This document shows, piece after piece, positions 26,373 to 34,247 of a stretch of DNA of 64,000 nucleotides (its first letter is position 1; each line of letters opens with the position of its first letter). The translations under genes were made by a program, and so were the position numbers. The DNA is from a virus: the IMG/VR virus record IMGVR_UViG_3300017917_003732, positions 1-64,000 of that record. The stretch is one strand, 5' to 3'. The notes beneath the pieces are model-generated. The model worked only from the letters and a program-made list of their open reading frames with translations. It searched no databases and was not told the origin of the DNA.

Positions 26373-27848
26373 TTACACCTGGATTTGAAACATCATGTTC
26401 TCGATTACTCGGCTATCGTCCATAGAAAGGCCTTTATCGTTAGCCCCATGGAACGTTTCATGATTCAGAATACGCTGGGTAGGCCAGTGCACTTGTGCCA
26501 AAAATGGAGGAAAATGAGGCCCATCACGACGCTTTAGGCAGTCGAACAAAGTCGTTCCCGCCTTTCGATGGTCATCGTTCAGGTAGCTAGTTGTAACAAC
26601 GTCGGCTGACCTCTCGCACTCATTTGAGTAAGAAAGAGCACGAAGTTTATACCTCCCTTCGTTCTTATCTGCATAGTCTTTTCCATCACGATTTATCTGA
26701 AACAGGACCAAGACTGGAATCTTTTCCCCATGATTGAAGTGAAGAGCGAGCTTTTTTGCGTCTCTAAGAACTGAGTTTAGCTCAATGACGTAATCCTTAC
26801 TCCTCTTACGACGCCTAGGTTCGACAAGGCCTCCGTGGTCAATAACCAAGAGGTGCACCTCCTCTTGCTGATGCCGAAGCTCTGCCTGCATCTTGATGTC
26901 ATCAGAGGTGATGTCTTCATCCGGACCCCATACCTCAAAAGACCCATAGTCTTCGTCAGTGCAAAAGTCCTTGATCACTACCTGATAAAATGCCTCTTCT
27001 TCAGGAGTCAGAGTGCCTGCACAAACTTTGTCGTAGTCAAGAGGCTTATAGCCCATAGCCATGAACTTCGGGTTCTCCGAATGCATGACATAGATCTTTT
27101 TCCGCACTTGCTCGTAAGGCATCTCCAGAGTCACGTAGAAGACATTCGAGCGATACCTTGTGATTAGGTTATAGCTCCAGTTTAAGGCAAAGGTTGTTTT
27201 GAGCTCACCTACGAATGCTGCATGCACCCAGAGCTCACCCCTTTTTATGCCACGAACCACCTTATCTATGTTATTTAGCCCACAGAACTTGCCCCAGGCT
27301 AATGCCTTATTCGTCTTTGCCTCAACATACTCATCCCACACTTCTTGCCCATCTTCACGAATGTTCCCTTGAATTCGTGAGTTATGGTCTTGCACAAGAA
27401 GGCTATGAGCTGATCGGTTGAAGTGAAGAATCCCATCGCGGAGACCTTGTTTCTTCTCCTCATCGATGACTAGGCCCTTAGTGATTATTTCCTGGGCCTC
27501 TTTCAGAAGGGCAATAGCCTTATAGCGATTCTGTTCTTCAACCGTGTTCGAGATCAGGTAAGCGTAGTTTGATCGAATGTACGCGGGAACCCCATCGAAG
27601 TCTTTCAGCCTCTCAATTGCTTCGTAGTCCTTACGAGCCTCGAAGTAATCCATCACCGTCTGGCGAGAAGGAAGCTCAAGCCGTTGATGAAAGTAGGTTT
27701 TCGCAAAGGTAAAGATCCGATTATCCGCTGGCTGAGTCCATTCAATCTTCGATGCCAAAAGCTTCTGGAAGTTGAAGATCAGATTCTCTTGACTAATCCC
27801 CCCATTGATGTCAATGACACTCCGAAGAAGACCCTTCATGTCACTCAC
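26373..27848 (-). CDS. DnaB-like replicative helicase
   Basis: RGELWVHAAFVGELKTT, YVTLEM, LVIDH, LFQINR, ERSADVV, KRRDG. Confidence 0.88.
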   Translation of the reverse strand: MSDMKGLLRSVIDINGGISQENLIFNFQKLLASKIEWTQPADNRIFTFAKTYFHQRLELPSRQTVMDYFEARKDYEAIERLKDFDGVPAYIRSNYAYLISNTVEEQNRYKAIALLKEAQEIITKGLVIDEEKKQGLRDGILHFNRSAHSLLVQDHNSRIQGNIREDGQEVWDEYVEAKTNKALAWGKFCGLNNIDKVVRGIKRGELWVHAAFVGELKTTFALNWSYNLITRYRSNVFYVTLEMPYEQVRKKIYVMHSENPKFMAMGYKPLDYDKVCAGTLTPEEEAFYQVVIKDFCTDEDYGSFEVWGPDEDITSDDIKMQAELRHQQEEVHLLVIDHGGLVEPRRRKRSKDYVIELNSVLRDAKKLALHFNHGEKIPVLVLFQINRDGKDYADKNEGRYKLRALSYSNECERSADVVTTSYLNDDHRKAGTTLFDCLKRRDGPHFPPFLAQVHWPTQRILNHETFHGANDKGLSMDDSRVIENMMFQIQV

Positions 27849-28746
27849 TCCCCTTGAATCGACTCTTCTTGTACTTCTTAGTACCCTCTCTGCATATGAC
27901 CGGGTCGTTCTCCATTGCGTAAGGCTGACTCAATTTAGCAGAAGGCCTTGGATTTGACTTCGGTTCGGGCTTTGATGCTGACTTATGATCATCATCCAAA
28001 GCCAGACCATGGTCATCAGGCTGAAGATAAAGACTTGTCCCACCTGCACCTTGCCTCTTGGTATTACTCTCGCCCCTCGGCAAATCTACTTCGTCAAACC
28101 AGATCTTGATGTACTCCGCTAACTCAGCAGAGTATGCCTCATGCCCTATCTCAAATGGCTTCCCAGGGTCATCCAGAATCCAAGTTGGCTTATTCAATAC
28201 TTCACGTATTCTCAAAGATTCCTTTAGCGCCCCGGGCATTGCCACGTTTTTATAGGAAATGATGCCCAACCTGATAATCACCAAGTCCCAAGATTCGCCA
28301 ATGAGATCCCCGAGAGAGTTGAATGAGATAACTTCATCTCGTTTTTTCTTTGGCTTAGCCGCATACGCCTCCGAGCCGACAAAAACAGTCTTGATTTGTT
28401 CGTCAGTAACAAACCGAAAGTGCCATTGAAAACTATGCCGCTCCAAAAGAAACTGAGCAATCAGTCTGAAATGAGGGCGAAAATCTTCCCAGCTGCACTT
28501 AATAAAGAGGTTATCCCCAGACCGATCCACTTCGGGTTCCTCACCCCCATGCTTCGGCGGCACGAATAACGGAGAGGAATGCAGGTATGGCCTGCATAGG
28601 GCGATATCTTCCCCTAACCTCTTCCGCAAGGTCTTCACGAAAACACAAACGCATTGCTTCGTGTCGTCGTCCTTTCGGATAAAACCGATACCTTGACAGT
28701 AGGGACAACTCGGATCCCCTATTGTTGTAACAGGCTCGTTCAGCAT
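27841..28746 (-). CDS. DnaC/DnaI-like helicase-loader-related protein (degenerate ATPase)
   Basis: N-terminal CPYCQGIG...CVC; DLVIIRLG and R...NKPTWI segments resemble DnaC; adjacent to the helicase. Confidence 0.6.
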   Translation of the reverse strand: MLNEPVTTIGDPSCPYCQGIGFIRKDDDTKQCVCVFVKTLRKRLGEDIALCRPYLHSSPLFVPPKHGGEEPEVDRSGDNLFIKCSWEDFRPHFRLIAQFLLERHSFQWHFRFVTDEQIKTVFVGSEAYAAKPKKKRDEVISFNSLGDLIGESWDLVIIRLGIISYKNVAMPGALKESLRIREVLNKPTWILDDPGKPFEIGHEAYSAELAEYIKIWFDEVDLPRGESNTKRQGAGGTSLYLQPDDHGLALDDDHKSASKPEPKSNPRPSAKLSQPYAMENDPVICREGTKKYKKSRFKGSE

Positions 28747-28769
28747 GGGCTTAACCCGCTACACCGAAA

Positions 28770-30503
28770 TCAACCCTTCGCGTCTTCACGCAAAGAATGC
28801 AGCAAATCCTTGATGTCACTCTCGCCACGGTCAAATTTCAAGGCTCCAACCGCTGCCTCGCCGATGATCTGATCGATTAACCCCTTTTTCTTGCGAAGTT
28901 TCTGAATAACCTTGTGGTCGATAGTCTCACCCTTTTTGCCCTTCTCTCCGGGGCGCTTGGCAATTAAGTGAACAGCCAACACATTTTGATGTGGACTACC
29001 GATACGGATCATTCTCCCCAAAAGTTGTATGTAATTTCCCCAGCTCCAAGGGGTATCAAAGAAAATCATGGCCGAGGCAGCCTGAAGATTGATTGCCTCG
29101 CTTCCCGCATCGGTGATAAAGATGACCGATACCTTCGAGCCGAGGTCCTGGAACTGATCCTGGGCTTTCTTTCGGTCGGCAGCCTTGTTGATCTTGCCAG
29201 TGATGGCAACACTCTTTATTCCCTCTTTTGCGAGGATTTTTTGCAAACGAACGACTAGCTTTTCGAACCGAGTGTAAACAATTACTTTCTCATCGTCGAA
29301 CTCCTCTGTGAGGAGTTCAACCAAAGCCGACTCCTTCGAACTACGGCCCTCGAAGGCATGATCCCCGATTTCGTCACCTTCCTTGAACTTGAGAAGACCC
29401 ATCGAATCACAGACTTCTTGCGCATAAATTAACCCAGTCATCTGCCGAGTCTCCTCATAATTTTTCAGCTCCCCGTCCCCCATTTCCAGGAGCCCCGCAA
29501 GAGCCTCAGCATACTTCCGATCCTCGGCTGGAGTAAGCTCACAGGTGACCTCTCTAGTAGTTAGAGCCGGAAGCTCTGTGGACACCAAGTGCTTGGGGCG
29601 CCCATAAAAAAATGGATCGATTGTCCTACGAAAATGATCAAGGTTACGGTACCCCACCACAATCGGGATTTTGCCGCCCCCTTTCACCCTCTGAAGCTCT
29701 GTGATACAGTAGGTGTCTAAGAAGGCAGTCTTGGTTGAGAAAGTCTCGGGTCGGATTACCTTGTAGATCCCAAAACCTTCCATGAGGTTGTTCTTCAGCA
29801 ATGTAGCGGTAAGCCCCCAAACCCTCTTGGATCGTTGGGAGAGAAACTTACATGTTTGATGGGTCTTGGTACTCGGATTCTTGAAGGCACTGGCTTCGTC
29901 AAAAATCACAGCAAGACTAGCAAACTTCAACGTCAACCCGTCAAGAAATCCACGTCCCGTGACCGGCTGGGTACCAGGTTTAGCGCCAGGGGCAGGTGCC
30001 TCTTTTTTAATTCCATAATCCCAGTCTCGCACCATTCCATGGTAATTGACGATTAGAACACTTGGGCCCGTTTGCTTTTCCCATCGTGAGTACGCCGCCA
30101 TTCTTTGCTGAGGAGACCCGGAGGCAATGAACCATTTGATCCCTATCGTGAATTTGTCGATTTCAGAAGCCCACTGACCCATCGCCGACTTCGGGCAAAC
30201 CACCATCGCCTTGAGTTCCGAGTCTCTCTCCCAAAGGTAACAAAGTGCTCCAATGGATTGTATTGTCTTACCTAGTCCCGTCCCATCCCCAAGAACCATA
30301 CGATTCACTACCAGGAGATGGTAAATGCCCTGAGCTTGGTAGTACCGTAGCTTAAACGGTTGAAGGGTTCCGTCAAACCCTAGGATGTTATCTCGGAACA
30401 TCTTAGTAGGGTTCAACGAAACCGTCTTACTCTCTCGTACTCTTTTAAGCTGTTCGTAGATTTGTTGAAATCGATCAGAAGTGGGATTTTTGGCCTCTGG
30501 CAT
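28770..30503 (-). CDS. SNF2-family helicase/translocase
   Basis: LRYYQAQG, LGDGTGLGKT, IFDEAS, LTATLLKN, AGSEAINLQAA, QLLGRMIRIG; start set at ATG 30503. Confidence 0.93.
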   Translation of the reverse strand: MPEAKNPTSDRFQQIYEQLKRVRESKTVSLNPTKMFRDNILGFDGTLQPFKLRYYQAQGIYHLLVVNRMVLGDGTGLGKTIQSIGALCYLWERDSELKAMVVCPKSAMGQWASEIDKFTIGIKWFIASGSPQQRMAAYSRWEKQTGPSVLIVNYHGMVRDWDYGIKKEAPAPGAKPGTQPVTGRGFLDGLTLKFASLAVIFDEASAFKNPSTKTHQTCKFLSQRSKRVWGLTATLLKNNLMEGFGIYKVIRPETFSTKTAFLDTYCITELQRVKGGGKIPIVVGYRNLDHFRRTIDPFFYGRPKHLVSTELPALTTREVTCELTPAEDRKYAEALAGLLEMGDGELKNYEETRQMTGLIYAQEVCDSMGLLKFKEGDEIGDHAFEGRSSKESALVELLTEEFDDEKVIVYTRFEKLVVRLQKILAKEGIKSVAITGKINKAADRKKAQDQFQDLGSKVSVIFITDAGSEAINLQAASAMIFFDTPWSWGNYIQLLGRMIRIGSPHQNVLAVHLIAKRPGEKGKKGETIDHKVIQKLRKKKGLIDQIIGEAAVGALKFDRGESDIKDLLHSLREDAKG

Positions 30504-30509
30504 GGTGAC

Positions 30510-30519
30510 AGGATACACC
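30510..30519 (-). promoter_or_regulatory. GGTG-TAnnnT promoter-like element (GGTGTATCCT)
   Basis: 6 nt upstream of ATG 30503. Confidence 0.6.
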
Positions 30520-30538
30520 AGTCATCTGGTATAGCCCG

Positions 30539-31141
30539 TCACCAAAAAGCAAAGTAGAACCCTACTTGAGGATTATGGGCAAAAATCCACCATGAAAATC
30601 CATAACCACCATAGAATCCAAAATTGCGAGTCAGATCAAGGCCAACTCCAAACCCAATTGACCTAAACCCTGTGGCTAGGTTGAGATTTAGAGGCTTCCA
30701 GTAGATGAAGTCCCATAGGATACCAAACTCCAATCCTTCAGCCGCCACCGAACTCTCCAAGGCATCGACGAACAAGAAACTCCCAGCAAACTTGGGGCGA
30801 AATCGAAGACCCCAAACGGAAGGCTCCTTTTCCGCAACAACGAGAGATACCTTGCCTTCGGCGGTAACCTCATAATTGCACCACGACATCTTCAGCGCAT
30901 AGGGGTGTGGATCCGCCCCGGAATAATAGACCCTCCCCTCTTGATCCACCACGATTGTCACTGGATCTAACTGAAACTTCGGCTTCGTACTCTGTTGACA
31001 CTGCTTGTCTTGGAGTAGGCGTAGAAAGACCCTCATGTCTTCCGCAGGGACACAAGTTGACCCGGTCGTACAGGCTTCCTGAGCACTTACTGTTTTTGAC
31101 AGAAAGAGCCCAAAGAAGACAAAAAGAAACCAGAATCGCAT
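30539..31141 (-). CDS. secreted protein, probable outer-membrane beta-barrel
   Basis: Sec signal MRFWFLFVFFGLFLSKTVSA/QE; C-terminal amphipathic beta-strands ending QVGFYFAFW. Confidence 0.65.
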   Translation of the reverse strand: MRFWFLFVFFGLFLSKTVSAQEACTTGSTCVPAEDMRVFLRLLQDKQCQQSTKPKFQLDPVTIVVDQEGRVYYSGADPHPYALKMSWCNYEVTAEGKVSLVVAEKEPSVWGLRFRPKFAGSFLFVDALESSVAAEGLEFGILWDFIYWKPLNLNLATGFRSIGFGVGLDLTRNFGFYGGYGFSWWIFAHNPQVGFYFAFW

Positions 31142-31145
31142 TGAC

Positions 31146-31535
31146 TTAGACCAAAGAGGGTTTTTTCTTCTTTGTCAGCCACTTATCAATCTGACCAAGA
31201 ATGTTCTTCGCCGGTGGGAAGTTAGCCTCAAAGTTCTTGCCGATAGCCTTTTTCAAGGCATCCATAGCTTCTGGGCTATCATCTTTGAGGTGCGCAGCTA
31301 CTTCGTGCTCGACTTTTTCCTTTGCCTCTAGAAGAAGACCAAGTCGGTAAATATTACCCCCTCCGCCCCGACGAGACTCCTTTTCATACTCTTTCCTATC
31401 GTACTGGGTGATTTTACTTGCCAGTGCCATGAGGAAGGATTCCACAGTTGCATTCGGAAGAGCCGCTGTGATTGTAGACGCATAGCGCTCTTTGACTCGA
31501 CACGCAATGAACTGATCTAAACGATTGAGTTTCAG
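31146..31535 (-). CDS. hypothetical protein, possible CTG start
   Basis: Frame open from CTG 31535, which overlaps the upstream TGA; ORF track starts at GTG 31445. Confidence 0.6.
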   Translation of the reverse strand: MKLNRLDQFIACRVKERYASTITAALPNATVESFLMALASKITQYDRKEYEKESRRGGGGNIYRLGLLLEAKEKVEHEVAAHLKDDSPEAMDALKKAIGKNFEANFPPAKNILGQIDKWLTKKKKPSLV

Positions 31536-32095
31536 TTCTCACCATACTTTCTTAAAAGGGTGTCAATCTCTTGGGTAGGAATACCTGAGCTATCCTTAAC
31601 TGTGACCACTACCACGCTAGGCGTTACTACGATGACCTGATCAACATCCCTATTGGTCACCCCATCCGGAAGGATCACTTCTGTTGGTTTATCTTCCCCA
31701 GGGGGTGTGAAAACAACAGTTTTGGGGTTAGAGAATAATCCGGGCTCTCGAATAGGCACCACTACTGCCTGAGTATCACCCTTGGAGTCCGGCTGCCCAA
31801 TAGGGATAATCCTTCCGTTCTTGTCTACTCTATTCGGATCCACCGAATTGGAGATATCGATAGTTTTTCTCCCATCCGATTTTCTCCCAAGAAGCTTGCT
31901 GAGAAGGCCCCCAACCTGAAGCTCCTTGAACCCCATCGAAACCAATAAAACGGCGCCGAGAACTACCACCAAGGCGAAGATAAGCTTCAGGACATCAGGA
32001 GTTGCCCAACAAAGGAAGCCCCATAGCCTGGACACGGTCGCCTTGCAGGCTTCCCATGCTCGCTTACCACAGGACTTACCGAAAAGATCAGGCAT
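31532..32095 (-). CDS. single-pass membrane protein
   Basis: TM helix LIFALVVVLGAVLLVSMGF; ATG 32095 with AGGA SD. Confidence 0.7.
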   Translation of the reverse strand: MPDLFGKSCGKRAWEACKATVSRLWGFLCWATPDVLKLIFALVVVLGAVLLVSMGFKELQVGGLLSKLLGRKSDGRKTIDISNSVDPNRVDKNGRIIPIGQPDSKGDTQAVVVPIREPGLFSNPKTVVFTPPGEDKPTEVILPDGVTNRDVDQVIVVTPSVVVVTVKDSSGIPTQEIDTLLRKYGEN

Positions 32096-33404
32096 GAATC
32101 GTCCTAAATAAGTCGTACATTGACATTCCAAGAACCTCAGCCGCTTGCCTTAAAGTCATTTCGGAAGCAACAGACAAGAGACTCGATGTCTTCGACTCAG
32201 GAAGGTACTCCTCAGCAGCCTTTTCCAAAGCAAGATGAAGCCATGAAGGTTCAGAGGTTAGGCAGTCAGTCAGATGAGTGATTGCCGTAGCGGCATCAAA
32301 CTTGAGGCTAAAACCCCCCCGACTCCCTCGAAGACGGCTGAGATTAAAGGGACGACCTTCGGATATCTCCCAATTCATGACATAGGGGATGAAAGATTTC
32401 TTGAGATTCTCCACTGTAGCATCTGTCAATTGACAGTCCTTACCGTTCACTCGAACGAAAAATTCGTATGAGTCGGCATTATCCATTCTCTTTTTCTCCG
32501 CCTTCATACGACTAATCTTCTCACGACTATACTTTGTATAAACCTCAACCACACTCTTTCGTCCGACTACCGAAGGGTCCTCGTCGTTGAGAAGACCACA
32601 TCCAACAAGGATGTCCTTTAGCGCCGCCCCTCCAGAGCGAGGAATTTTTTTAATGACCTCTTCCGTGGGTCGGTCCCATTGCCAAGCAACAAACTTCTTG
32701 GCGGGTTTAGGGGTTGCCCCGTCAGCCCATTGAGTCCCAATTAGCTTGATGTATTTAGTAGCAATCTTGGCAACGTTCTGAGACAAGGGGGCATCAACCC
32801 AAGAAACTTGCCAATCCTCCATGACCTTGGTACGCTGCCCCATGTCAGTCGGGATTGTCCCCCCACTCTCACCTCTCTCCTTGATAGCAAGGAATATGTG
32901 CTTTGATTCGGTACGACCATAAAGAGTCCAAACTCGATGCCCAGGATAGTAAGATTTTTCCCAATACCACTCAGGAATCGATACGAATTTCCACTCAACC
33001 CCTGAGGGGGGTGTATTTGAGGACCAAGCTTTCGAAAAGTTTTGACCCTCCATAACCGAATCTGGCCCAGTCGGAGGCTTTTGACGACTCCACTCGTAAT
33101 TCTTGTCCTGAGGGCGACCAGGTTCGTTAGTCGGCCGACTCTTTCCTGTTAGGATATCCTTTGCTACGTTTACCTCCACCATCTTCGCAGGGTCACCGCC
33201 CCGATCGGGATGGTTTTCAAATGCCTTGCTGCGATAAGCCTTCATGATCTCTTCCGGACTCGGGGAAGAAAGGGGAGGAAATCCCAAGACCTGCTTGGCT
33301 TGCTCCATCGACATCGCAAGCAAAAGACGCGCGTACCGAGCTTCGAATTCGACTTGAGCGTATCGATTCGCTATTTTGTTGATTAGTGTCAAATCAGTGT
33401 GCAC
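32088..33404 (-). CDS. J-domain (DnaJ-like) protein
   Basis: AKQVLG...EIMKAYRSKAFENHPDRGGDPAKMVEVNVAKDIL with an intact HPD motif. Confidence 0.88.
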   Translation of the reverse strand: MHTDLTLINKIANRYAQVEFEARYARLLLAMSMEQAKQVLGFPPLSSPSPEEIMKAYRSKAFENHPDRGGDPAKMVEVNVAKDILTGKSRPTNEPGRPQDKNYEWSRQKPPTGPDSVMEGQNFSKAWSSNTPPSGVEWKFVSIPEWYWEKSYYPGHRVWTLYGRTESKHIFLAIKERGESGGTIPTDMGQRTKVMEDWQVSWVDAPLSQNVAKIATKYIKLIGTQWADGATPKPAKKFVAWQWDRPTEEVIKKIPRSGGAALKDILVGCGLLNDEDPSVVGRKSVVEVYTKYSREKISRMKAEKKRMDNADSYEFFVRVNGKDCQLTDATVENLKKSFIPYVMNWEISEGRPFNLSRLRGSRGGFSLKFDAATAITHLTDCLTSEPSWLHLALEKAAEEYLPESKTSSLLSVASEMTLRQAAEVLGMSMYDLFRTIHA

Positions 33405-33420
33405 GATATCCTCATAAACT

Positions 33421-33885
33421 TTAGGACTTGTCTTTTTTCCCCTCAGCTACAACAAGCGTTGGGCGAGTCTCATCCGCTGGGGGTGGCTCCGTAGCAACAG
33501 GAGGGAGCCCATTATCTTCCTCCGCCTTTGCGGGATTACTCTTGATCCAAGCTCGGATACGATTGTAAATGAAAGCAGAGAATAGGCCGCACACCGCACC
33601 AAACATGATGCGACCACTTCGGGTGCCATTGGTCAATTCCGGCCAAACAAAAGTTTTTGCCATAAGACCCATGAGGCCTCCGACAAAAATCGTGAGGACT
33701 GGCAAACACACCTCATTCCATAGACGAAAAGCAAGGGTTGTCTGCCGTACCCGCCCAGTTTCTACAAGGACCTTCCAAGTCCCTTCAATCAATCGCCTGA
33801 CGAAATATGTGACAACATATACCGCCAGACAAATGTAGATAAACTGTTGACTGACTATGGCGTTAACTAGGGAGTCAAGGTCCAT
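33421..33885 (-). CDS. putative holin (3 TM segments)
   Basis: Three hydrophobic segments, G...GLFSAFIY pattern, charged tail; ATG 33885 with GGAG SD. Confidence 0.6.
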   Translation of the reverse strand: MDLDSLVNAIVSQQFIYICLAVYVVTYFVRRLIEGTWKVLVETGRVRQTTLAFRLWNEVCLPVLTIFVGGLMGLMAKTFVWPELTNGTRSGRIMFGAVCGLFSAFIYNRIRAWIKSNPAKAEEDNGLPPVATEPPPADETRPTLVVAEGKKDKS

Positions 33886-33895
33886 TATGAGAGAT

Positions 33896-33939
33896 CTCCA
33901 ACGAGGCACAGCTATAAAACGAACCGCACCTCGTTAGAG
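33896..33939 (-). promoter_or_regulatory. 18-bp RNA hairpin masking the SD of the holin-like gene
   Basis: CTCTAACGAGGTGCGGTT / loop CGTTTTAT / AGCTGTGCCTCGTTGGAG; 5 G-U pairs, so fully paired only on the minus strand. Confidence 0.75.
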
Positions 33940-33949
33940 TCCAGGACCC

Positions 33950-34246
33950 TTAGTCCTCGTCTACCGAGAGGCTCTCAACGACTTCTACCGTATGATGTTG
34001 AGGCTTTCTCTGTGCCTCATTTTTGGAAGGATTCGGATTGGCCTTTGACTTAGAAGGCACTAAGTTCCCAATATCCAAGCTCTCCCACTTTCCAGCCCAT
34101 TTTAGCTGTTCCTGAAGTTCCATCCTCTGAACCGGAGTGAGGTGCGGATTACGGAGGAGAAGTTGAATTTGCCGCCTTGCATTCGCAGCCCCAACTGCCC
34201 GAACTTCTTTTGGCACTTCATGCAGGGTCAGAGTTCGAATCGCCAT
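33950..34246 (-). CDS. hypothetical protein
   Basis: ATG 34246 lies 1 nt after the upstream stop. Confidence 0.65.
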   Translation of the reverse strand: MAIRTLTLHEVPKEVRAVGAANARRQIQLLLRNPHLTPVQRMELQEQLKWAGKWESLDIGNLVPSKSKANPNPSKNEAQRKPQHHTVEVVESLSVDED

Positions 34247-34247
34247 T

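Noticed and set aside
30539-31141. Lipoprotein o-spanin
   Set aside because: There is no lipobox; the first Cys lies four residues after a VSA signal peptidase I-type site.
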